In this document: piece after piece, positions 27,987-37,611 of the stretch
Position numbering within the stretch: position 1 is the stretch's first letter
How the letters are laid out: every line of letters starts with the position of its first letter
NCBI GenBank assembly: GCA_934101575.1
Contig: CAKORJ010000001.1
Location: 541,972 to 605,971 of the forward strand
DNA: 64,000 bases
Direction of reading: 5' to 3'
Source: an uncultured Bacilli bacterium
Lineage (GTDB): Bacteria; Bacillota_I; Bacilli_A; RF39; UBA660
Notes under the pieces: generated by a model
Databases searched by the model: none
What the model was told of the DNA's origin: nothing
What the model saw: the letters and a program-made list of their open reading frames with translations, nothing else
Program-made: the position numbers and the translations under genes

Positions 27987-30295
27987 TAGATTAATTTTTC
28001 TACGTCTTTCATATCTATGCCATGTTCTCTTATATATTTGTGGTGTTTATCTAATTGTTTGTTACAGTATTCTGTTATATTTTTTTTGTCTTCTTTTGGT
28101 AGTTTTAGATATTTTAATGCATTTAACACTAAGTGATATCTATCTAATTCATTTTGTACTCTCATATCAAATGGTGTTGTTATAGTTCCTTCTTCTTTAT
28201 AGCCATGTACGTGTAAGTTTTTATTTTTTCTTTTATATGTTAATAGATGTATTAATGTTGGATATCCATGAAATGCAAATATTATTGGTTTGTTTTTGGT
28301 AAATAATTTATTATATTCTTCATCTGTTAGTCCATGAGGATGTTCTATATTTGATTGTAGTTTCATTAGATCTATTACATTTATTACTCTTGTTTTTATA
28401 TGTAAGAATTTATCTATTATATGTTTTGCAGCGACTATTTCTGTTGTTGGTGTGTCCCCACTTGATGCTAATACTAAGTCTGGTTCTTCACATTTATCAC
28501 TTATGAATTCTAATTCGCCTATTCCTTTTTTACAGTGTTCTATGGCTTTGTCCATTGGTAACCATTGGAACCTTTGGTGTTTAGATGCTACTATGACGTT
28601 TATATAGTTTTTTGTTTTTATACAATGATCGAACGTTGATAGTAAGGTGTTGGCATCTATTGGCAGATATATTCTTGATATAGAGGCTTTTTTTGTTACT
28701 ACATGATTTAAGAAGCCTGGATCTTGATGAGTAAATCCATTATGATCTTGTTGCCAGATATGCGATGTTAATATGTAATTCAATGAAGATATAGGGGCAC
28801 GCCATGGTAAGTCTTTTGTTATTTTTAGCCATTTTGCGTGTTGACTTGTCATTGAATCTATTATTCTTATAAAGGCTTCATAGGAATGCATTAGTCCATG
28901 TCTTCCTGTTAAGAGATATCCTTCTAACATTCCTTCGCATACGTGTTCTGAGAGAATTGAATCTATTACTGTTCCATTTTTATCTAAGAATTCATCTGTT
29001 TTTAATATTTTACTATTCCATTTTCTATTTGTTATTTCAAATACATGATTAAGTCTATTTGATAAGGCTTCATCTGGGCCAAATACTTTAAAGTTATTAC
29101 TGTTTAATTTTATTAAGTCTCTTATGTATCCTCCTAGAATGGTCATATCACTTTCTCTTGTTTTTCCTGGTTTTACTTCTATTTGATAGTTTTTAAAATC
29201 TGGACAATTTAGTTCTTCTAGAAGAAGTCCTCCATTAGCATGTTTATTAATACTCATTCTTTTTTCATATCTTGGTAAAGTATCTTTTAATTTTTGTTTT
29301 AGTTGTCCATCTTCATCAAATAGTTTATCTGGTTTATATGATAAAAGCCATTGTTCTAATTGTTTTAGGTCTTTTTCTGTTTCTATTGTTATTGGTACTT
29401 GATGAGATCTAAAGGATCCTTCTATTTGCTTGCCGTGGAATTTTTTAGGGCCTCCCCAGCCTTTTGGGCTTCGCAAAACTATTAATGGGAAGTTTGGTTT
29501 GGCTCCTTTTTTTATTTTTTCTATGTCTTTTAAGACTTTTTCTAAAGTTAGAGCCATTTTTTCATGCATTTTTTTAGGGTTGTCTCCGGATACAATGTAT
29601 GGTTTATATCCATATCCTGTAAATAGACTTATTATTTCTTTATCTTCCATTCTTCCTAGGATTGTAGGATTTGATATTTTATAACCATTTAAATGAATTA
29701 TTGGTAGGACTGTTCCATCTTTTTTGGGATTTATTAATTTATTTATATTCCAAGATGCTGATAGTGGTCCTGTTTCTGCTTCGCCATCTCCTATTACACA
29801 TGCTACTATTAAGTCTCTGTTATCTAGTACAGCACCATATGAATGGGATAAGCTATAACCTAGTTCTCCGCCTTCATTTATTGAGCCTGGTACATCTGGG
29901 GCTACATGAGAAGAGACCCCTCCTGGGAAGCTAAATCTACGGCATAGTTTTGTCATTCCTTCTTCGTCTTCAGTTATTTCTTTATATATTTTTGAATATA
30001 CTCCTTCTAAATAAGAGTTTGCTATCATAGCTTGGCCTCCATGACCTGGTCCAGATACATACATCATATTTAAATCATATTTTTTAATTATTCTGTTTAG
30101 GTGAGCATAGATAAAGTTTTGACCAGGTGCTGTTCCCCAATGACCTATTATTTTTGGTTTTATATCTTTCATTGTTAATGGCTTTTTTAATAAAACATTG
30201 TCCCATAAGTATAATTGACATGCAGATAAATAATTAGTAGCCATCCAATAGTAATTTAAGTTTTGTAATTCATTTTCAGTAAGTGCTCTTCCCAT
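27986..30295 (-). CDS. xfp: xylulose-5-phosphate/fructose-6-phosphate phosphoketolase
   Basis: 769 aa. N-terminus LNYYWMATNYLSACQLYLWDN...HWGTAPGQNFIYAHLNR. ThDP-binding GDGE motif. Confidence 0.9.
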   Translation of the reverse strand: MGRALTENELQNLNYYWMATNYLSACQLYLWDNVLLKKPLTMKDIKPKIIGHWGTAPGQNFIYAHLNRIIKKYDLNMMYVSGPGHGGQAMIANSYLEGVYSKIYKEITEDEEGMTKLCRRFSFPGGVSSHVAPDVPGSINEGGELGYSLSHSYGAVLDNRDLIVACVIGDGEAETGPLSASWNINKLINPKKDGTVLPIIHLNGYKISNPTILGRMEDKEIISLFTGYGYKPYIVSGDNPKKMHEKMALTLEKVLKDIEKIKKGAKPNFPLIVLRSPKGWGGPKKFHGKQIEGSFRSHQVPITIETEKDLKQLEQWLLSYKPDKLFDEDGQLKQKLKDTLPRYEKRMSINKHANGGLLLEELNCPDFKNYQIEVKPGKTRESDMTILGGYIRDLIKLNSNNFKVFGPDEALSNRLNHVFEITNRKWNSKILKTDEFLDKNGTVIDSILSEHVCEGMLEGYLLTGRHGLMHSYEAFIRIIDSMTSQHAKWLKITKDLPWRAPISSLNYILTSHIWQQDHNGFTHQDPGFLNHVVTKKASISRIYLPIDANTLLSTFDHCIKTKNYINVIVASKHQRFQWLPMDKAIEHCKKGIGELEFISDKCEEPDLVLASSGDTPTTEIVAAKHIIDKFLHIKTRVINVIDLMKLQSNIEHPHGLTDEEYNKLFTKNKPIIFAFHGYPTLIHLLTYKRKNKNLHVHGYKEEGTITTPFDMRVQNELDRYHLVLNALKYLKLPKEDKKNITEYCNKQLDKHHKYIREHGIDMKDVEKLI

Positions 30296-30374
30296 TTTAT
30301 TCCTCCTTATTATATATGATAATTATATCTTATATTTAGTTTTTTAACAATATTGTTTTTAAGAAAAGAAAAAT

Positions 30375-30406
30375 CTTATAAAATTACTTATTTGTAATTT
30401 TATAAG
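30375..30406 (-). terminator. perfect 13-bp inverted repeat (CTTATAAAATTAC-ttattt-GTAATTTTATAAG) downstream of 30428-32044; likely rho-independent terminator
   Basis: Seen directly. U-rich tract follows on the minus strand. Confidence 0.5.
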
Positions 30407-30427
30407 ACTGTTATTTTTTTATCATGT

Positions 30428-32044
30428 TTATGTGGTTATTATGAGGCGAGAGGACTTGTCAGAACCAGCATTACCATTGCTGCAATTTGAGTAAAACGCC
30501 CCGGCATTTGCACCATTGCTATAGCCACAACTATGTAGGAACCAAGGGTAAGTCGAGTCCGCAAGGTAGGAGTAATCGCTATACCATCCAGCTAAACCTT
30601 TGTACACTTCTTTGATTCCATCACCCAATTTGCTTCTTGTTAATTCATAACTTGTACCATAACTATATTTATCATAGTATTTATTATTTGGATATGCTAC
30701 TCCTGTATATGATGTATAATTACCAGAGTCATATACTTTTCCTGTGTATCCAGAATTAGATGAAGTTTTATATCCACTCATCATTGTTGTTCCATCATTA
30801 CTTACAATATTTGCCATTGTATATTCATCTGCTCCTCCACTCATATCATATACTCCATATATATTATGCGTTGTTGAGGCAACTTTACTCATATCTTTTG
30901 TTGTACTTTTTGTATTAGTATTATAATCAAGTAAATATCCATCATATGTGTAAAACCCATAAGTATTATATTGTGTTGTTGATGTCTGATCTGTATATAC
31001 TGTATTTATTGCTGTTTTTCCTCCTGGTGCTCCTCCACTTCTTCCTGTATAATAACTAGAACTATTGTTTATATTAACTTCACTACAAGTACCATCTGTA
31101 CATGTTCCATATTTAGAGTGTGATAAGTAGGCTACTGCTCCCCATTCACTATTCTTTATCATATGAGTATCTGTATTCGTACTAAATCCATAGCTATTAC
31201 CACTATTTTTCATGCTTATTATATTTGTTTCAAAACTACTTACTTTTTGATTTCTTAAACTACTTAAATTTGGTTTTGTTGTAATACTGCTTATTGTTCC
31301 TGTTAGTTCAAATTTACCTACCCAGAATCCTTTTATTTCTTCGTTACCAAATGTAAATGCTGGATGTGTATATGTTTTATTATTACAAGTACTATCTGTA
31401 CAAGTTTCATTTGTTTCTTTTAATTTACATGTTTCTGAAGGGTCCCCTTTTGTTCCACTTATTGCATCTTCACATATTATTTCTCCGGTTTTATCTGTAC
31501 TGCTTTCCCATGTTATTTCTATTTCTTGCTCATTACTAGTTTTTGTACCATTCTCATTATAATTCCATACTTTATATTTATATCTTGGTATCCAAACCTC
31601 CATTGTAAGTATATCATCCATTGGTATTTCTGTCCCTACACTTGCTGATTGATATTTGCTTCTATTAGTAGAGCTAACTGTTACACTATTCGCCCATTTC
31701 TTTTCACAATAATCATACCAATTATTACTTTTATTAGTACTATCTGCTTTTTTCCATGTTTCTGTATTTTCATCATAATATACTGGTATCATAGCACTAT
31801 CAAGTACTGGTGCATTTGGTTTGTTTTGATTACATGTATCTACTGTAGCTTCTATTGTTTTTGTTCCTATTATTTTGTCTGTGAATAGTGCAAATGATGA
31901 GTTTATTTTATATGATATGAATCCTACTGCTATGAGGAATACTATACATATAATTGATAACTTTACTTTATTAAAATCTTTTATATTTTTGTTTAAGAGT
32001 CTATAGATCGCCTCCCCCTTCAGGCGAATATTTGTCCGTTTCAC
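30428..32044 (-). CDS. secreted Cys/Ser/Thr/Tyr-rich protein with SipW-cognate-like signal and C-terminal FGE-sulfatase/C-type-lectin-like domain ending in a DGR-variable-region-like segment
   Basis: 538 aa. GTG start with AAGGAG RBS. Signal ...ISYKINSSFALFTDK. FGE-like motifs GFWVGKFELTG and SEWGAVAYLSHSKYG. C-terminus HSCGYSNGANAGAFYSNCSNGNAGSDKSSRL. Both gene ends are GC-rich relative to the genome. Confidence 0.6.
   Translation of the reverse strand: MKRTNIRLKGEAIYRLLNKNIKDFNKVKLSIICIVFLIAVGFISYKINSSFALFTDKIIGTKTIEATVDTCNQNKPNAPVLDSAMIPVYYDENTETWKKADSTNKSNNWYDYCEKKWANSVTVSSTNRSKYQSASVGTEIPMDDILTMEVWIPRYKYKVWNYNENGTKTSNEQEIEITWESSTDKTGEIICEDAISGTKGDPSETCKLKETNETCTDSTCNNKTYTHPAFTFGNEEIKGFWVGKFELTGTISSITTKPNLSSLRNQKVSSFETNIISMKNSGNSYGFSTNTDTHMIKNSEWGAVAYLSHSKYGTCTDGTCSEVNINNSSSYYTGRSGGAPGGKTAINTVYTDQTSTTQYNTYGFYTYDGYLLDYNTNTKSTTKDMSKVASTTHNIYGVYDMSGGADEYTMANIVSNDGTTMMSGYKTSSNSGYTGKVYDSGNYTSYTGVAYPNNKYYDKYSYGTSYELTRSKLGDGIKEVYKGLAGWYSDYSYLADSTYPWFLHSCGYSNGANAGAFYSNCSNGNAGSDKSSRLIITT
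30431..30600 (-). other. candidate diversity-generating-retroelement variable region (VR)-like segment, GC-rich, at the 3' end of the CDS
   Basis: About 45-50 % GC versus about 25 % background. C/G-ending codons, multiple AAT Asn codons. Protein motif matches the CLec-fold DGR VR consensus (GGSW..NGANAG.F..N.N....N.G.RL). Confidence 0.4.
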
Positions 32045-32109
32045 TTTTGATCACTCCTTGGTATTTTACATATTAATAATACATTAAAAAAATTACTTTT
32101 TCAAGTAAT

Positions 32110-35100
32110 TTAGTTTATTTCTTTTATAAGATCTTGACTTATAGAATATAAATATGTTTTTGCTTTTTTATGTGTCTTTGCTTCTATGTAATCTTTATAA
32201 CCTTTTAATTGTTTTTTGTAGTTTTGATCACTTATATCTGATAACTTATAATCTATTATGTCTATATTATTTTCATGTTCTAACATTAAGTCTATTATTC
32301 CATGATATGTACTACTTTCTTGTTCATAGAAGAATTCATGTTCTTTTATTATCTTTGCTTGTTTTATATTTTGAAAAAGATCATGTTTTAATAGTTTTTT
32401 TATGTGGTGGTTCTCTGATATTAAGAAATCTTCTGTTTCAAATAGATAATGAATATATGTACCATATTGCATGTTTTCTAATTCTTCTTTTGTTTTTAAT
32501 TTAGTATTTATTTTTGAGAATTTACTTTCTGTTATAGGATTATTTGGTATTTCTATACTTTTATGTTTTACTTTTTCTACTTTGTCTGTTAGATTTTTTA
32601 AATTTTTTGATTTGAATAGATTATAGTCTTTGGATAGGTTCATTTCTTCTTGATCTATATTTTTTATATTTATATCAAACTCATCTTTTACTGTATTTAT
32701 TATATCTAAGAATGATTTATATTTTAATCTTGTATCACTGTTTACTAATTGTTCGTCATTATATATATCTTCGTTTAATGGACTTACAAATATCATTTTT
32801 TCTTTAGCTCTTGTTACTGCGACGTATAATAATCTTATTTTTTCTGATATTTCTTCTTGCATGTATTCTTTTTTCATTAGATTTTGGGTAAATAATGTGC
32901 CTACTCCTTCTTTGTAATATGGTGTCATTATTCCATATTTGTTATCATACTTAAATTTTTCTGTAATATCCCTTATATTAAATGTTTTGTATAGTCCGGA
33001 GTAATAACATACTGGGAACTCTAAACCTTTTGATTTATGGATATTCATTATTTTTACTGAGACGTTATCTTTAGTATTTGTTTTATATTTTATTTCTTCA
33101 TCACTTTCTATCATTTCTGTTAAATATTTTGCAAAGTCATATGGTGTGTATTTTAAATCTTCTAATGATGAGGATATTTGCATTAAATTTGCTATTCTTA
33201 TTAATGTTTTATCTATATCGTGATATGTAAGGCTTTTTTTATAAAAGTCAAAGTCTTTTATTATTCTTGTTAAGAATTCATGACATGAGATATTATCTAA
33301 ATCTTGTGCTATTTCTTTTGCTTTTTTATATAGCTCTGTTTCTTTAAATGTATTATTTTTAAATGTTTCTATTATTGTACTATCGGATTCATTATATAAG
33401 AAACTTCTTTTTATTGATGTGTAAAAATATTTGAATTCTTTATCTTGTTTATTCTGTTTTATTTTTATGATTAAATTTGCTACGTTTTTGATTATGAATA
33501 TGTCATATGATGTTGTTAATTTTTCATCTTGTAAGGCTAATAAAGGTATTTTTTCGTATTCAAATATTTTTTTGTACAGATCAAATTCTGACCCTCGGTC
33601 CATGATAATGCAGAAGTCTTTGGGTGTTACCTGTCTTAGTATTCCTGTTTCTTTATCTATTACCATGTAATTGTTATTTATTTTATTTTTTATATCTTGT
33701 GCTATTATAAATGCTTCTATTTCGTTTTTATTATAATCTTTTATATCTTGGGGATTATAATTATATATTTCTAAGTTATTATTTATTTCTTTTTTGTTTT
33801 GTTTTTCGTACATTAGATTACCAAATATCATTTGATGGGTCTTTTTATAGTCTGCTCCTCCTAGGAAGTTGTCCATTATTTTATTAAACATTTTATTTAT
33901 ATCTTCTAATACTTCACTTCTTGATCTAAAGTTTTTTAATAAATCTATTTTTATTCCTTTTTCTCCTTTGCTGTAGGTATTATATTTGTTTTTAAAGATT
34001 GTTGGATTAGCGTTTCTAAATCTATATATTGATTGTTTTATGTCTCCGACCATGTATACATTATTATTTTCTATTTGATTTATAAATATTTCTTGGAGGT
34101 CATTTGTATCTTGATATTCATCGACCATTATTTCATTATAATAATACTTTATTTCATCTCTTACTTCTTTGTTTTCTTTTACTATGTTTATGGCCATTTT
34201 TGATATATCTATGAATTCATATGATGAGTTTTCTTGTTTATAACTGTTTATTTTTTGATCTAGTTTTTCTATTATATCTATTATTACTTTTGCATATGTT
34301 TTTGTGCTTAAATATGTTTCTTTTAGTTCTTGTTCTGATCTATATTTTGTTAGGTTTTTTAGATCTTTTAGAAGTTCATTTATTTTTTCTCTTTCTTCTT
34401 TTGTATTTTTTACTATTCTTGGTAGTTTTACTTCTATGTTTTTCTTTATTTCATCATATGTTTTAGAATTTATTAGTTTTGATAGAGCTTCTATATATTC
34501 ATTTGCTTTTTTATCTTCTTCTTTTGTTAGGATTTCCTCATATAGATTTTTTATTTTTTGATGGATTTCTTTTATTTCTTTTAGATACTCTTGTATTATA
34601 TTATTTATATATGTTTCATTATAGAAGTCTTCTATATAACTTTTTAGATATTCTTGTTTGTTATATTTTTGTTCTAGACTATTGTTGATATTTAGTATTT
34701 GTTTTTTGATATCTTTATCGTCTTTTAAACAGAAATCATTTATTAGTTTTAGGAAGTCTTTGTTTTCTTCGTTGTATAAGTCTTCAAATATTTGATCTAG
34801 TTCTTCTTGTTTTTTTATATTTATTATTGATGATGAGACTATTCCTATGTTTTTTGATATGTTTAAGAGATAATGATATTTTTTTACTATTGATAAGGCA
34901 TAGCTATCAAATGTTGTTATGTAGGCACTATCGAGGTAATCTAGTTGTTTTGAGAGGCTTTCTTCTTTTTTGATTGCTTTTCTTATTCTATCTTTCATTT
35001 CTCCGGCTGCTTCGTTTGTGAATGTTAAGACTAGGAGTCTATTTACGTCTATTCCATCTTTTAGTTTTCTTATTACTCTGGCTGTTAATACTGCGGTTTT

Positions 35101-35190
35101 TCCTGAACCAGCGCCAGCGGATACTATTATGTTTTTTCCTTCTTTATCTATTGCTTCTTGTTGTTCTTTTGTCCAATTAGGCATTTTCAA
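32110..35190 (-). CDS. addA: ATP-dependent helicase/nuclease subunit A (AddA/RexA)
   Basis: 1026 aa. UvrD-type helicase motifs (AGAGSGKT, TFTNEAAGEM). C-terminal RecB-type PD-(D/E)xK nuclease (GIIDLM...IIDYKLS...QLKGY). Confidence 0.85.
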   Translation of the reverse strand: MKMPNWTKEQQEAIDKEGKNIIVSAGAGSGKTAVLTARVIRKLKDGIDVNRLLVLTFTNEAAGEMKDRIRKAIKKEESLSKQLDYLDSAYITTFDSYALSIVKKYHYLLNISKNIGIVSSSIINIKKQEELDQIFEDLYNEENKDFLKLINDFCLKDDKDIKKQILNINNSLEQKYNKQEYLKSYIEDFYNETYINNIIQEYLKEIKEIHQKIKNLYEEILTKEEDKKANEYIEALSKLINSKTYDEIKKNIEVKLPRIVKNTKEEREKINELLKDLKNLTKYRSEQELKETYLSTKTYAKVIIDIIEKLDQKINSYKQENSSYEFIDISKMAINIVKENKEVRDEIKYYYNEIMVDEYQDTNDLQEIFINQIENNNVYMVGDIKQSIYRFRNANPTIFKNKYNTYSKGEKGIKIDLLKNFRSRSEVLEDINKMFNKIMDNFLGGADYKKTHQMIFGNLMYEKQNKKEINNNLEIYNYNPQDIKDYNKNEIEAFIIAQDIKNKINNNYMVIDKETGILRQVTPKDFCIIMDRGSEFDLYKKIFEYEKIPLLALQDEKLTTSYDIFIIKNVANLIIKIKQNKQDKEFKYFYTSIKRSFLYNESDSTIIETFKNNTFKETELYKKAKEIAQDLDNISCHEFLTRIIKDFDFYKKSLTYHDIDKTLIRIANLMQISSSLEDLKYTPYDFAKYLTEMIESDEEIKYKTNTKDNVSVKIMNIHKSKGLEFPVCYYSGLYKTFNIRDITEKFKYDNKYGIMTPYYKEGVGTLFTQNLMKKEYMQEEISEKIRLLYVAVTRAKEKMIFVSPLNEDIYNDEQLVNSDTRLKYKSFLDIINTVKDEFDINIKNIDQEEMNLSKDYNLFKSKNLKNLTDKVEKVKHKSIEIPNNPITESKFSKINTKLKTKEELENMQYGTYIHYLFETEDFLISENHHIKKLLKHDLFQNIKQAKIIKEHEFFYEQESSTYHGIIDLMLEHENNIDIIDYKLSDISDQNYKKQLKGYKDYIEAKTHKKAKTYLYSISQDLIKEIN

Positions 35191-37558
35191 TCCCCCTTAA
35201 ATAAGATAGATCTTTATCTTCTTTTATTAGTATTTCGTCTTTTGTTTCTTTGAAACATATATCACTATAAGAACAGAACTTACATCCTAAATTTGCTTTT
35301 TCTGTTCTCTTTGGTGATATGTTAAAGTTACATTCTGTTATTTCTTTTATTGCTTCATTTATTTTTTGATCTGTTATGTCTATTAGTGTATTTATTTCTT
35401 CACTGTTTAATATTTTTGCGAATCTGTTAAAATGTCCATCTTTTGTTAGTTTCATTGATTTTATAAATTTACTTTCTTTATATGTTTTATCAAATTTATG
35501 TAATACTTCTTCATCATTATTTGAGTATCCATATAAAAGGAGGCTTTCTTTTTTTTGTTCTTCTAAGGTCTTTTTTTCGTCTATTTGATATGGTCCTGAT
35601 AATATTCTTTGGAGATAGAATCCTGCAAATTCTATGTTTTCTAGTTTTTTGCTTTTTTCTGCTAAGTACAGATATACTGGTAATTGCATAGATAATCCAT
35701 AAGGAACAAATCCTAAGTTTATGTCTGTTTGTCCTGTTTTATAATCTATTATTGCTACGACTGTTTTATTATTTTCTTTTTTATACATTACTTTATCTAT
35801 AAAGCCTTTAAATGTTACTGTTATGTCTCCTTTTTTTACTACTTCGACTCTTTCTTCAAATAACATATCTGTTAATTCAGTGTTTTCTAAATGATTTAGT
35901 ATTGTTTTATGAATAAAGAATAATTCTTTTGATAGTTTGTTTATGAAGAATCTTTCTTTTTTTGATAGGTTTCTTTCGTTTGTATTAATGAATTTTGTTA
36001 TTAAATCATTTATATTTTCTTTGTCTTTTAATGATTTTTCTAATACATAATGGAACATACTTCCTATATAAGCTTCAAATTTTTCTTCATATATATCTAG
36101 TTTTAAAATATGGGATAAATAGTATCTAAATGGGCATTTATAGAAGGAATCCATACTTGAATATGATAGATTGAATTTATTATCTAGATATTCTTTTAAG
36201 ATGTTTTTATCTACTTTTTTATATTTATTATCATATGTATTGTATTCTATATCATTATAGCTGTTATATAACAATTTTAAGTTTTTGTCTATTTCTCCGG
36301 TTTTAGAATATTTATCTAAGTATTTTGTTAAGTTTATTTTATCAGAAACAGTGCTATAACTTGTAGTGTAATCTATTTCTTTTTTTTCTACTTCTAGTTT
36401 TAAATCACTTATTAGGTTTGAGGGATAATAAGTATTTGTTATAGATGTATTTTTATATGTTATTATTAAGTTCTTTATACTTTCTATGGCTTTTATTGTA
36501 TCTTGTTTTTCTCTTTTATTCTTTTCTAGTGTTGTATCTAATATTAGGTTTTCTTTAATACTATCTGTTATAAAATCTTCATCTTTATGTATTTTTGGTA
36601 TTTTATTTTGATTAAATGAGGGCATAAATACATAAGTACTTTCTGATATATAATCTTCTAGGTAATCTATTATTTCTATTTCATTTTGATAAGTATCTTT
36701 TTTTAGATAAGTGTTTTTAAAATCATATGTTATCATTTCTTTTACTATTTTTTGATCAGAAAAATCTATATATTTATTTACTATTTTTGTTATCTGGTCT
36801 AGTATTTTGTTATTTTTGTACTTTTCTGTTAATTTGTTTATTATTTCTTCTATAGATCCTGTTTCATTTAAGTAATCCTTGGCTATTTGTGTTGAAATTA
36901 GTTTACTATCTTTTAGGGATACTCTTAGATTATACATTTCAAATACTCTAGTTAATGTATCATAATAGTCTCCGTCTATATTAGTTAGTTTTATGTCTTT
37001 TATACTTATATTTTGTTCTAATAATTTTATAATGCTTCTAGCTATAAATTCTACTTCTTCTTCTAGGGTGTTAAATTCATAAACTTTGTGTTTATAGTTT
37101 TGTTTTGGTTTTTCTATTATTTCTACTTCAGTATATTTTTTTAGACTTTCTATTAGATTCTTTTCTAATTTTGAAAAACTACTATATCTATAAAATATTA
37201 TTTTTTTATTTTGTATGTATTTTATAAATAAATCATCTTTTATTAAAAGGTTGTTACTTTCTAAATCTTGTTTTAGTTTTGATAATGTATTTAGTTTATC
37301 ACTTTTATATTCTTTGCTTTCTACATAGTACATGTTTTTTAAATAGATTCCTGCTATTTCTCTATTTAAATTATAATTTTTCATTAAATAATATATTGCT
37401 TTTTCATCATATGTAAAATAATATTTTTTTATTAGTTCTTGTTTATCTAAAAAGTTAATTTTTAATAATCTATTTTCTTTATTTAACTTTTTTAATATAT
37501 TTATTTTATTACTATAATTTGTAATTATTAGTGTATTATCTTTTAAAAATGTTTCCAT
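35177..37558 (-). CDS. addB: ATP-dependent helicase/nuclease subunit B, RexB-type (no Walker A) with C-terminal nuclease and 4-Cys Fe-S motif
   Basis: 793 aa. Overlaps addA by 14 nt. C-terminal CPFRYYLSHILKL ... ECNFNISPKRTEKANLGCKFCSYSDIC. N-terminus lacks a P-loop. Confidence 0.75.
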   Translation of the reverse strand: METFLKDNTLIITNYSNKINILKKLNKENRLLKINFLDKQELIKKYYFTYDEKAIYYLMKNYNLNREIAGIYLKNMYYVESKEYKSDKLNTLSKLKQDLESNNLLIKDDLFIKYIQNKKIIFYRYSSFSKLEKNLIESLKKYTEVEIIEKPKQNYKHKVYEFNTLEEEVEFIARSIIKLLEQNISIKDIKLTNIDGDYYDTLTRVFEMYNLRVSLKDSKLISTQIAKDYLNETGSIEEIINKLTEKYKNNKILDQITKIVNKYIDFSDQKIVKEMITYDFKNTYLKKDTYQNEIEIIDYLEDYISESTYVFMPSFNQNKIPKIHKDEDFITDSIKENLILDTTLEKNKREKQDTIKAIESIKNLIITYKNTSITNTYYPSNLISDLKLEVEKKEIDYTTSYSTVSDKINLTKYLDKYSKTGEIDKNLKLLYNSYNDIEYNTYDNKYKKVDKNILKEYLDNKFNLSYSSMDSFYKCPFRYYLSHILKLDIYEEKFEAYIGSMFHYVLEKSLKDKENINDLITKFINTNERNLSKKERFFINKLSKELFFIHKTILNHLENTELTDMLFEERVEVVKKGDITVTFKGFIDKVMYKKENNKTVVAIIDYKTGQTDINLGFVPYGLSMQLPVYLYLAEKSKKLENIEFAGFYLQRILSGPYQIDEKKTLEEQKKESLLLYGYSNNDEEVLHKFDKTYKESKFIKSMKLTKDGHFNRFAKILNSEEINTLIDITDQKINEAIKEITECNFNISPKRTEKANLGCKFCSYSDICFKETKDEILIKEDKDLSYLRGIENA

Positions 37559-37611
37559 AAATCATACTCCTTATAGATATTATATCATTTTGTTTTTAAG
37601 AAAAAAAGAAT

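Noticed and set aside
27986-35200. Searched around the VR-like segment for a DGR reverse transcriptase, avd or template repeat
   Set aside because: Flanking genes are phosphoketolase and addA. No RT-like ORF and no second copy of the GC-rich ~170-bp segment exist anywhere in the window. The DGR call therefore stays a hypothesis about a trans-acting or absent cassette.
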